Made by a program: the position numbers and the translations under genes
The notes under the pieces: generated by a model
What the model was told of the DNA's origin: nothing
The model's input: the letters and a program-made list of their open reading frames with translations, nothing else
Database searches by the model: none
NCBI GenBank assembly: GCA_965219385.1
Contig: CBDCNM010000002.1
Location: 3,048,305-3,112,304, forward strand
Source: Candidatus Latescibacterota bacterium
GTDB lineage: Bacteria; Latescibacterota; UBA2968; UBA8231
DNA length: 64,000 nucleotides
Direction of reading: 5' to 3'
Shown here: positions 27,288 through 36,008 of the stretch, one piece after another
Layout: each line of letters opens with the position of its first letter
How positions within the stretch are numbered: the stretch's first letter is position 1

Positions 27288-28744
27288 CTAAGCTCGACTT
27301 TATCCATTTATGTAGCGTACGAGACGGTGTGTATCAAGCGGTTGAGTAGGCTTCGAGGGATTTTTATCAGGTCGTGTTGGTTGGGCAGGTTGGAAAAAGC
27401 CTGCCAGAGCCGTTGTCGGACCCAGGCCACGGCATCGGAAAAGGTGGGTTTTCGTTTGCCATACCAGGCCGTGGCATGGCAGGGGGAGGCGCTTTTGGGG
27501 GCCAGCCGATTGGCGATGAGGGCGACCAGACTAAACAAGGCCAAGATGACCGGCGTGGTCCGGGCAATGGCCCGCTCATTCCATTGGCGTTGGGTTTCCA
27601 TGCCCAGATGGGCGCGGGCTTCCTCAAAGGTAGTTTCTACCGACCAGCGTTGGAGAAAATAGGTCAGCATTTGCCGAGGGGACAGACGCACATCGGTCGA
27701 GAGCAAGGCTTGGGGCGCGAAGCGGCCGGCCGGGTCTCGGATCAGCAGCCAGCGGAGGGGCACGGCGGGCAAGCCAGTGTGATACCACAGCGCCGTTTGG
27801 CTGTAGGTTTCCACTGTATAGGGGCCGGCGGCATACCACCGGTCCAGGGTGAGGGGGTGCCAAGGGGTAGTCGGATCGTCCAGGTGCTGCTGGAGGGTGG
27901 GCTGCCGGGCGCCTTTGCCGCGGGGGCGTCCCCGCGTGTGCGGCGTGCGGGTTGGTGGTGGGTCATACAGGGCCGCATCCAACCGCAAGCGGGTAATCAG
28001 CCCCACGTGGGGCCGAACCGCGTCGAGAAAGGCCAAGGCGGAGAAGGTGCTATCGGCGACCACGACCAGCCGGCGGGTGGGCAGCCAGCGCGCTACCAGC
28101 TTGAGCATAGTCTGCCCCCGTTGCAACAGGGTGAGGGGGGTGCGCTGGCGCTGAGTATAGTAGCGGGCCGACGGACACAGCACACTCATAAAGGGTAAGG
28201 CCCAACTTCGATCCGCCCAAGGGATAGGCGCTACCAGCATCAACGACAGCCAGCGCAAGCCGCTAGCCTTGACCAGGTGGGGCCCACTCGAGCGGACGGG
28301 ATCCCGGTAGATGCCTCGGGCCCCAATCTGGGCGCCCCGGCGCCGCTCGATGGTCTCATCCAGGCCCAGGACCAGGGGCCCGTGGGGGGCAAAGGCGGCC
28401 ACCAACGCCTGGAGGAGTAGCTTACTGCCGGCCAGGGGCGACCACACACAGCGGTTGAGGATCCGGTGGTAGGTTTGAAAGGTAGGCTGTTGGCTCAAGC
28501 CCAACACCTCCAACACGGCGCTGACCGTGCGTTTACCCGGGGCTAACAGCGCCCCGACCAACAGCGTCTGAGCCTGCGGCCAAACGCGGCTCGAAAAAAG
28601 GGGGGCAAAGGGCGACAAAATCGTTATTATATCTTTCGGCAGGGGGCTCATCGGTTTCTCCTGGGCTGTCGATGCTTGGATACCATCAACAGTACGGAGG
28701 ATACCGGCCTCCTGCCATGCGCGTTTGGATAAAATCGAGCTTAG
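27288..28744 (-). mobile_element. IS701-family insertion sequence
   Basis: TIR CTAAGCTCGACTTTATCCA / TGGATAAAATCGAGCTTAG enclosing an intact DDE transposase ORF. Confidence 0.85.
27308..28651 (-). CDS. IS701-family transposase
   Basis: GLDET, VADSTF, RWSVETTFEEAR. Confidence 0.88.
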   Translation of the reverse strand: MSPLPKDIITILSPFAPLFSSRVWPQAQTLLVGALLAPGKRTVSAVLEVLGLSQQPTFQTYHRILNRCVWSPLAGSKLLLQALVAAFAPHGPLVLGLDETIERRRGAQIGARGIYRDPVRSSGPHLVKASGLRWLSLMLVAPIPWADRSWALPFMSVLCPSARYYTQRQRTPLTLLQRGQTMLKLVARWLPTRRLVVVADSTFSALAFLDAVRPHVGLITRLRLDAALYDPPPTRTPHTRGRPRGKGARQPTLQQHLDDPTTPWHPLTLDRWYAAGPYTVETYSQTALWYHTGLPAVPLRWLLIRDPAGRFAPQALLSTDVRLSPRQMLTYFLQRWSVETTFEEARAHLGMETQRQWNERAIARTTPVILALFSLVALIANRLAPKSASPCHATAWYGKRKPTFSDAVAWVRQRLWQAFSNLPNQHDLIKIPRSLLNRLIHTVSYAT

Positions 28745-29672
28745 AGGCTGTCTGAAAACTATATTTTTCATTTGATCCGTTTGAGTAGCAAGTGGATCAT
28801 GGCAATCTGAATCAAGGCCTCGCTATGGCGGGTCAACACCTCATAATCTCGGGCATGACGGCGAAAATTCATCAACCACGCCAAGGTGCGCTCGACGACC
28901 CAACGGCGTTTGAGTATGGTAAACCCGGAGCCTTGTTGAGCGACGACTTCCAAGTCTATCTTGTGCGTCTTTTTTACGTTGGCCACCCACGTTCGGATCG
29001 GATCGCCTCGATAGCCGCCATCGACCCACAGTTTGCGTAACCGGGGTACGCCGAGGGCACTATAGCGGGTCAACACCGGCTTCAAGCCGTCCCGATCCTC
29101 TACATCGGCGGCGGTGACCACCACCTGTCTAAGCAAGCCCAAGGTGTCGACCCACAGATGACGCTTGCGTCCTTGGATCTTTTTGCCAGCGTCATAACCA
29201 GTTGTTTTACCATGGGTTGCCGTCTTGATCGTCTGCCTATCGACACCGCCAGCCGACGGCGTCGGAGCCCGTCCGTTCAGGCGGCGTTCCCGCTGGGTGA
29301 GTCGATCCAATACCTGCGGCCAGCCCCCTTGGAGACTCCAGCGACGAAAGTAATCATACACTGTTTTCCACGGCCCCAAACAAGAAGGCAACAGCGCCCA
29401 AGGACAACCGGTCTTGGTCCGATATAAAAGGCCGTTGACGATCTGGCGTCGATCCCGCGGTGGCCGACCCGGACCGTTGGGTTGCCAAGTCGAAGCCGGC
29501 AGCAAGGTTCGATCCGCCGCCATTGCGCATCGGTTACATCGGTGGCATATTGGCCACTAGGCGTACTCATCATAAGAGCCTTTCTGTGCAGATTTTGTGG
29601 TGAAACCTGAATATGGCCCGATGAATACGCCGATTCAAATACGGGCTACATCAAGGGTTTTCAGACAGCCTC
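28744..29672 (-). mobile_element. IS5-family (IS1031-like) insertion sequence
   Basis: Perfect 16-bp TIR GAGGCTGTCTGAAAAC; TTA target duplication. Confidence 0.9.
28768..29573 (-). pseudogene. IS5-family transposase with frameshift near the N-terminus
   Basis: YATDVTDAQWRRIEP is in a different frame from LLP..GCPWALLP..GRKRHLWVDTLG..RWVVERT. Confidence 0.85.
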
Positions 29673-29709
29673 TTAGTAAAAATAAAATCCTAAACCAAAG
29701 GAGGAAGAG

Positions 29710-29895
29710 ATGAACAACCTAATTAATCGTCAGCAGGATGCCAAGACGAAAGGCTTTTGGGGTTCTAAACGCCATACGTGCACCACGTCGCTCTTTGACC
29801 CGGATGGCCCGGCAGCATGCGGATGGATGTACGTCGTTCTAAACGCCGTTCTAAACTCCATAGCACCACGTCGCAAGGAGGAGAAGAATTTCTAA
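29710..29895 (+). CDS. Small hypothetical protein (61 aa)
   Basis: Strong RBS AAAGGAGG; followed by a hairpin. Confidence 0.4.
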   Translation: MNNLINRQQDAKTKGFWGSKRHTCTTSLFDPDGPAACGWMYVVLNAVLNSIAPRRKEEKNF

Positions 29896-29909
29896 TTCCC
29901 TCCGTTAAA

Positions 29910-29950
29910 TACCCGCATAGCTGTGCTTCTACCACACAGTTATGCGGGTA
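29910..29950 (+). terminator. Stem-loop after the small ORF
   Basis: TACCCGCATAGCTGTG / CACAGTTATGCGGGTA 16-bp stem; no clear U-tract on the plus strand. Confidence 0.5.
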
Positions 29951-30173
29951 AAATAGAAAGTACACTGCTGTAAGAGGAGGACTCAAAATGGTCGCCTCAA
30001 GAGATTAACCTTGCCTGTAATATTCACATTAAGTATTCAGTGTGGTCTGCGGCTTGGCCCTCGTGTACTTCTGGCAGCCTATGGGAGAAAAGGACTGGTT
30101 GATCTTGAATAAGACGGGCTTGACTTCCAACGATAACCACCATGAGAGCAAACGTCAACCAAGCAGGTGGAAT

Positions 30174-31121
30174 ATGAAAAATTATGTTTCCCGTGTTTTT
30201 CTTTTCGCGGCGGCGACGGCCAGTGTGCTGGTGGGGCCGCTTAGTGGATTCGGGGATTCTAGGGTAATATCAATCGACATAGACCCTGCAGTTGAGCATG
30301 TCCTTCATGTCGATGTTAGTTACACCGACATCCTCATAACGCGATCACCTGTCGAGGAGATGCGAGCTGAGGCCGAAATAGTCATAACTCACGATGAACA
30401 GGATGCCTTTCGAGCCGAGATGGCGAGCCGAAGAATCAAACAGATTCTCGAAGAGAGCCGTCTCGAACTACAAGCACGACGTGACGGGATGCATTTGGGC
30501 TTGTACGTTCCGCCTCAGTACGAGGGACCAGATCGCCAGTACGAGGGAGATCCTATGATTCCGATTTCGAAATCTGAGACTCTTCGTGTTGCCATCTCCC
30601 GGGACTACGTTCTCAAAGTCCGCAACGAATCCGGGGACGTCAGCATCACGGGAATCGAGGGTGGGTTGAACGTTCTCAACTCGGACGGTAAAGTGACCAT
30701 TGAGCAGTGTGGTGGTGAGATCAGCATTGAAAATAGACATGGCGATATTCGGATTGTCGAGACCGCGCATGGTGCCGATGATAGCGTCACCATCGAGCAC
30801 GAGTTCGGAACGATCTCGTTTCAGCAAATCGCCGGTTCTTTAAACATACAATCAAGATACTCTGTCGTTGAAGGGGAGGGAGTTGATGGCAATTGCACCA
30901 TTGTCGGCAGCCATGAGCCCATTTCGGTTACGACGGTGGCTGGCCTTCTCACAATCCGCAACGAATTCGGTGACGTCAGCATCGCGGGAGTCGAGGGTGG
31001 GTTGAACGTTCTCAACTCGGACGGTAAAGTGACCGTTAAGCGGTGTGGTGGGGAGATCAACATTGAAAACAATGGCGATATTCGGATTGTCGAGACCGTG
31101 ATAATGCCGAACGCATGGTAA
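30174..31121 (+). CDS. DUF4097-like beta-strand repeat protein, copy 1 (probably truncated)
   Basis: Signal-like N-terminus; repeated N..GDV.I.G..G motifs; near-identical to 33209-34441 over about 800 bp. Confidence 0.75.
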   Translation: MKNYVSRVFLFAAATASVLVGPLSGFGDSRVISIDIDPAVEHVLHVDVSYTDILITRSPVEEMRAEAEIVITHDEQDAFRAEMASRRIKQILEESRLELQARRDGMHLGLYVPPQYEGPDRQYEGDPMIPISKSETLRVAISRDYVLKVRNESGDVSITGIEGGLNVLNSDGKVTIEQCGGEISIENRHGDIRIVETAHGADDSVTIEHEFGTISFQQIAGSLNIQSRYSVVEGEGVDGNCTIVGSHEPISVTTVAGLLTIRNEFGDVSIAGVEGGLNVLNSDGKVTVKRCGGEINIENNGDIRIVETVIMPNAW

Positions 31122-31137
31122 GCACCAGCGGAAGCTG

Positions 31138-31813
31138 ATGGTCGTGTGCCTGAGACGAGGAGGCCATACTGTTAGTACGGCGAAAAATGCAACGAAGGCG
31201 CTTGCCCTCTTGGAGAAAGAGGATTTCAATATCATCTTGCTCGATCTGAAGATGCCGGGTATGAGTGGCCTTGAGTTTCTTGAAGTCTTCAAAAAACACA
31301 CGCGCAAGGAGGAAGTTGTGGTGTTGACGGCCTACGCCGATGTCGACAGTGCGGTCCAGGCCGTAAGATTGGGTGCTTATGCCTATCTATCCAAGCCGTT
31401 TGATGCCGATGCCGTTCTGGTGCAAGTAGACAACATCCTGGAACTACAAGAATTGCGCCTGGAGAATATCAGCCTGCGAAGACAGCGGAGAAGAACAACA
31501 GGTCAGTTGGTAGGTCAAAACGAAAAAATGAGGGAAATATATCAATTGATAGAAGATATAGCGCCGACGCCGGTGACGGTGTTGATCCCGGCACCTTATT
31601 CTTGGATGAAAGATGACTATAGAGATGCCAGCTTTAAGAAAGCGCAAGAGCGATATACCGTTGCTATGTATACATCTCATTGAACAACACAATGTGACGT
31701 TGGACAAGCAGATCCAGGGTATAAGCGTTGCGGCTCTGCAGTGTCTGGAGAGTTACAGCTGGCCCGGCAATATACGCGAAATGGAAAACGAGCTCATGCG
31801 GGCTATTGGATAG
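31138..31813 (+). pseudogene. Sigma54-dependent response regulator (NtrC family) with AAA core deleted
   Basis: Receiver LLDLKMPG..KPF; VGQNEKM..VTVLI joined to PALRKRKSDIPLL..WPGNIRE in another frame; Walker A, GAFTGA and HTH absent. Confidence 0.85.
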
Positions 31814-31974
31814 CCCCAGAGTTATATTGGATACACGATACTATATTTAGGGTCAAAAGGAGTGTGTTCCTCATGAGCAAACAACATCGTTCTCGTCAAG
31901 AAAACGGCCGTTTTTTGCCCCAGCGCAAAAGCGAAGCGGTGCTTCGCCTATTGCGGGGTGAAGAACTGGACTGA
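31807..31974 (+). mobile_element. IS3-family-like left-end remnant
   Basis: TGGATAGCCCC terminus, then RFLPQRKSEAVLRLLRGEELD orfA-like fragment. Confidence 0.5.
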
Positions 31975-32648
31975 TTGGCCCGTGGGTACTCCAGGCCCAT
32001 GCCCTCAAAGAGGAACCGGAACTGGATCAACATCCAGGGCCGGTGCAGGTATCGCCCACCCTTCCGCTGCCTGCCCCGAAAAATACCGTGGACCTTAGCT
32101 GGATCCAAAAGGCGGCGCTCTATCCATTCAACAAGGAAATGCACGCCTTTGTGCGTACCCGGGATTTGCTCGCTTTCGAGCTTGTCGGCATGGCCGATCC
32201 GGTAGGCAAGGGGTTGGTGGGGAAGGACGCCGGCGAGGCGCTCGGTCTCTCCTCCATCGGGGTGCGCCTCCAGGGCGATCTGCACGAATTGGCCGAGAAG
32301 AAGGGCTTACATCTTGTTTATCCGTCCATCTCCCCTGAAGAGGTGGAGTGTGCCTTGCAGTCCGACGAGACGTATAGTCCCGTGGATGTACCGGTGCTGG
32401 GGTTGTTCGGCACCAGCGCCCAGCAGGGCAAGTTCACCCTGCAACTGGCGCTGCGTCGCCGCCTGCTCCAGATGGGCTACCAGGTCGGCCAGATCGGCAT
32501 CGAGCACCAGGCGGAGCTGTTCGGCATGGCCTTTGACTTTCTCATCGGTAGATCTACCGCTCCAGCACTACGCGCCGTTTTTGGACTTCAAAATGCGCTA
32601 GCTTTGTCATCAGAAGCGACCTGATATCGTACTTATCGGCGTCCAGTC
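31975..32648 (+). pseudogene. DUF1611/TIGR04066-like P-loop protein fragment
   Basis: YPFNKEMH, GLVGKDAG, PVLGLFGTSAQQGKFTLQL, GYQVGQIG; then a frameshift, a stop and PDIVLIGVQS. Confidence 0.6.
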
Positions 32649-32870
32649 CGTTTCGTGGCCGGCCGCCAGACCCAGGTGCTTGGCCAAGGCCCGGCGCGTC
32701 GTCTTTTGCCAGCGCTACGCCTGGGCCGGACTTTCGGCTTTAAAGGCGCGGGGCGCTGCCGCCGGGTCGTACTGTCTCCACAGCGCCGTCGCCGGTTGCA
32801 GCGATTTCAGGGTGCGACTGTCGAGTATCTTGGAAGCCATGCTCACTCCTTGAGATCGGTCAGAAGGCCG
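32643..32870 (-). repeat. Duplicated block A copy 2 (5' remnant of the alpha/beta hydrolase gene)
   Basis: Near-identical to 24116-24343. Confidence 0.9.
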
Positions 32871-32898
32871 GCGGTCTTTTTTTCAAATTGATGAGCAG

Positions 32899-33182
32899 AG
32901 TGCCTGCTCGCGTTCGACGAGCGTATGCTTCGTAGGTAAGGAATGGACTCTAAGATAACATGGCTTTGAGCATGGATCAAATTTGGGGCTTGTTGTCAAG
33001 GTGTCCGCTGGCGTACACCGGGTGTATCACCAGCGGACACCTTGGGGATAAGGTTCAAGGGTGATTTTTTCTATAAGTCGTTTAAAAACAGGCATAATCA
33101 TACTATGGCATAGTTGTTGCTTGTCTCACTCAGGAACGAACTTCGATATTTCCTGGGGGCTGGTCATTATTCTCAGGGTCTA
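32899..33182 (+). promoter_or_regulatory. Duplicated block B copy 2: palindrome plus sigma54-type promoter
   Basis: Palindrome at 32997-33044; TGGCATAGTTGTTGC at 33106-33120. Confidence 0.75.
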
Positions 33183-33208
33183 GCTACGATCAACCAAGCA
33201 GGTGGAAT

Positions 33209-34441
33209 ATGAAAAAGCATGTTTCCCGTGTTTTTCTTTTCGCGGCGGCGACGGCCAGTGTGCTGGTGGGGCCGCTTAGTGGATTCGGGGATTCTAGGGT
33301 AATATCAATCGACATAGACCCTGCAGCCGAACATGTCCTTCATGTCGATGCTGGCTATACCGACATCCTCATAACGCGATCACCTGTCGAGGAGATGCGA
33401 GCCGAGGCCGAAATAGTCATAACTCACGATGAACAGGATGCCTTTCGAGCCGAGATGGCGAGCCGAAGAATCAAACAGATTCTCGAAGAGAGCCGTCTCG
33501 AACTACAAGCACGACGTGACGGGATGCATTTGGGCTTGTACGTTCCGCCTCAGTACGAGGGACGAGATCGCCAGTACGAGGGAGATCCTATGATTCCGAT
33601 TTCGAAATCTGTGACTCTTCGTGTTGCCATCTCCCGGAACTACGTTCTCAAAGTCCGCAACGAATTTGGTGACGTCAGCATCACGGGAATCGAGGGTGGG
33701 TTGAATGTTTTCAACGCGCACGGTAAAGTGGCCATTGAACAGTGTGGTGGTGAGATCAACATTGAAAACAGCTATGGCGATGTTCGGATTGTCGAGACCG
33801 CGCATGGTGCCGATGATAGCGTCACCATCGAGCACGAGTTCGGAACAATCTCGTTTCAGCAAATCGCCGGTTCTTTAAACATACACTCAGGATACTCTGT
33901 CGTTGAAGGGGGGGGAGTTGATGGCAATTGCACTATTGTCGGCAGCCATAGGCCCATTTCGGTTACGACGGTGGCTGGCCGTCTCACAATCAAAGGAGAA
34001 TATTCTCCACTGACTGTTCAAAATATTGGCTCAGATGCAGACATAGTCACTAAGCATGGTAAGGTCTTTGTGAGTGGAATAAACGGAGATCTGAAAGTGC
34101 GAAGCGATTACGAAGTGGTGGCCATCGATAGTGTTGCGGGAATTGTCGACATAGTCACTAAGCATGGTAAGGTCTTTGTGAGTGGAATAACTAGCCGTCT
34201 CACAATCAAAGGAAAATATTCTCTACTGACTGTTCAAAATATTGGCTCAGATGCAGACATAGTCACTAAGCATGGTAAGGTCTTTGTGAGTGGAATAAAC
34301 GGAGATCTGAAAGTGCGAAGCGATTACGGAGTGGTGGTCGTCGATAGTGTTAGTGTTGCGGGAATTGTCGACATAGTCGCTAAGCATGGTAAGGTCTCCC
34401 TGCCTGAGGCGAATGGCAGAATCGATAAGCGTGATAGGTGA
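33209..34441 (+). CDS. DUF4097-like beta-strand repeat protein, copy 2
   Basis: As copy 1, with C-terminal DIV(T/A)KHGKV x4 and a 216-bp internal tandem duplication. Confidence 0.8.
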   Translation: MKKHVSRVFLFAAATASVLVGPLSGFGDSRVISIDIDPAAEHVLHVDAGYTDILITRSPVEEMRAEAEIVITHDEQDAFRAEMASRRIKQILEESRLELQARRDGMHLGLYVPPQYEGRDRQYEGDPMIPISKSVTLRVAISRNYVLKVRNEFGDVSITGIEGGLNVFNAHGKVAIEQCGGEINIENSYGDVRIVETAHGADDSVTIEHEFGTISFQQIAGSLNIHSGYSVVEGGGVDGNCTIVGSHRPISVTTVAGRLTIKGEYSPLTVQNIGSDADIVTKHGKVFVSGINGDLKVRSDYEVVAIDSVAGIVDIVTKHGKVFVSGITSRLTIKGKYSLLTVQNIGSDADIVTKHGKVFVSGINGDLKVRSDYGVVVVDSVSVAGIVDIVAKHGKVSLPEANGRIDKRDR

Positions 34442-34552
34442 AGGTACAATTGGTAGCTACCATGTACGTGATGAGTGAGAATGGGAACATAGACGCGGTG
34501 CGGTCATTCTGTGGTGCCGACTTTTTATAGGCACGTCAGCAGTAGACAGGTG

Positions 34553-35781
34553 TGAGGGGACCCCAAAAGCTGGATCACGTCGGATGTGAGGGTGGTGGTA
34601 TTTTGACGGACTCCTGTTTCACGGCTTGGGCAAATTCATCAGGCGTTTTATAGTCCAGACTACTGTGAGGACGATCCCCGTTATAAAATCGTCGATAGTC
34701 CTCGACAACGAGCGCGCTTCGGCCAGCGAAAAGAACAGCTCTCGATTAAGGCACTCTTCGCGAAAGCGGCTATGAAAACTTTCAATCCATCCATTCTGCC
34801 AGGGACTACCAGGATCGACATAGGCCGTTTGTACGCCGGCCCTCTGACACCAATCCTGGATGACTCGGGCGATAAATTCAGGCCCATGGTCCGAACGCAT
34901 ATACGCCGGCGCGCCCCGCACCTGAGCCCGCTGTTGGACCGTATCCAAGACGTGATCGCTGGTCAACGAACGCCCCGGCTGAATCACCAAACATTGACGC
35001 GTATACTCGTCTACCATCGTCAGCATCTTCACCGGACGGCCGTCGGCGGTCCGATCCATAATGAAATCCCACGACCACACGTGGCCTGGATGGGTAGCCT
35101 GTCTGGGATACACCCTGCTCGCCCGGCGGCGCGCTACCCGCTGGCGCACGGGTCGTACGCCCAAGCCCGCTTGGCGCCGCACGCGCTGGACCCGTTTGCG
35201 GTTGACCGTCCAGCCTTCTCGGCACCGCAGCTGATGAATAAACCGGTAGCCAAACCGTGGGTAGGTCTTCGACAAGGCCAGGATCCGATGTGTCAGCCGT
35301 TGCTTTCTGTCGCCAGGACCTTGAGGTCGATGGTAATAACTCGACGTCGCCAGTCCCACCAGCCGGCAGGCCCGCCGCGTCGAGCACAGGCCTTGGTGGG
35401 CGACGTGCCGGACGGCTCGCCTTTTGTGCGGCGGGCTTACCATTTTTTTGCATTGATCTCTCTCAATACGCGATTATCCAGCATCGCTTCAGCCAGCATC
35501 TTTTTCAGCTCGAGGTTTTCCTTCTCCAACCCTTTCAAGCGTTTGGCGTCGGCCAGATCCATGCCGCCGAACTTTTTCTTCCATCGGTAGAAGGTTTGCT
35601 CCGAAATGTTGTGCCCCCGACAGATGTCAGCCACGGTTCGGTCACCATCGGCTTGCCGTAAGATCCGGATGATTTGCTCGACACTACGCGGAGTACTGGG
35701 TTTGCGTTTCATGAGTATCCTCCTCCTTGAGGTAAGAAAATACTCACATCCAAACCTGTCCAGTTTTAGGGGGTCAGCCCA
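34553..35781 (-). mobile_element. IS3-family (IS407-like) insertion sequence
   Basis: TG...CA imperfect TIRs; 4-bp direct repeat GGTG; orfA 35437-35712 (HTH); orfB 34619-35443 (WSWDF, DEYTR, QNGWIESF); A7 slippery site at the junction; orfB frameshifted near 34710 before the YNGDRPHSSL tail. Confidence 0.92.
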
Positions 35782-35798
35782 GGTGTGACGGTGCTCGA

Positions 35799-36005
35799 TT
35801 GGATGAACAAGAGGTCGATGAGCAGACGCTACTTGAGCATATCCGCAGCGACTCAATACAGGCTATCAATCTCGCCGTTTTGATAGAAGACGAACTCAGC
35901 ATTGAACTTGATGACGAGGAGATCGACTTGGAATTTTTCGAGTGTTTTGATCTAATCACAAAGTTAGTAGTCCGTCACCTCAACATCACTTACACAGGAG
36001 GCTGA
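35799..36005 (+). CDS. Acyl carrier protein-like, N-terminus apparently lost
   Basis: Acidic 68 aa; DSIQAINLAVLIEDELSIEL phosphopantetheine-Ser motif; directly after the IS3 end. Confidence 0.7.
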   Translation: MDEQEVDEQTLLEHIRSDSIQAINLAVLIEDELSIELDDEEIDLEFFECFDLITKLVVRHLNITYTGG

Positions 36006-36008
36006 TCC

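Noticed and set aside
34040..34397. GACATAGTCACTAAGCATGGTAAGGTCT repeats as a CRISPR array
   Set aside because: In-frame coding repeats; intervening segments are themselves repeated; no cas genes
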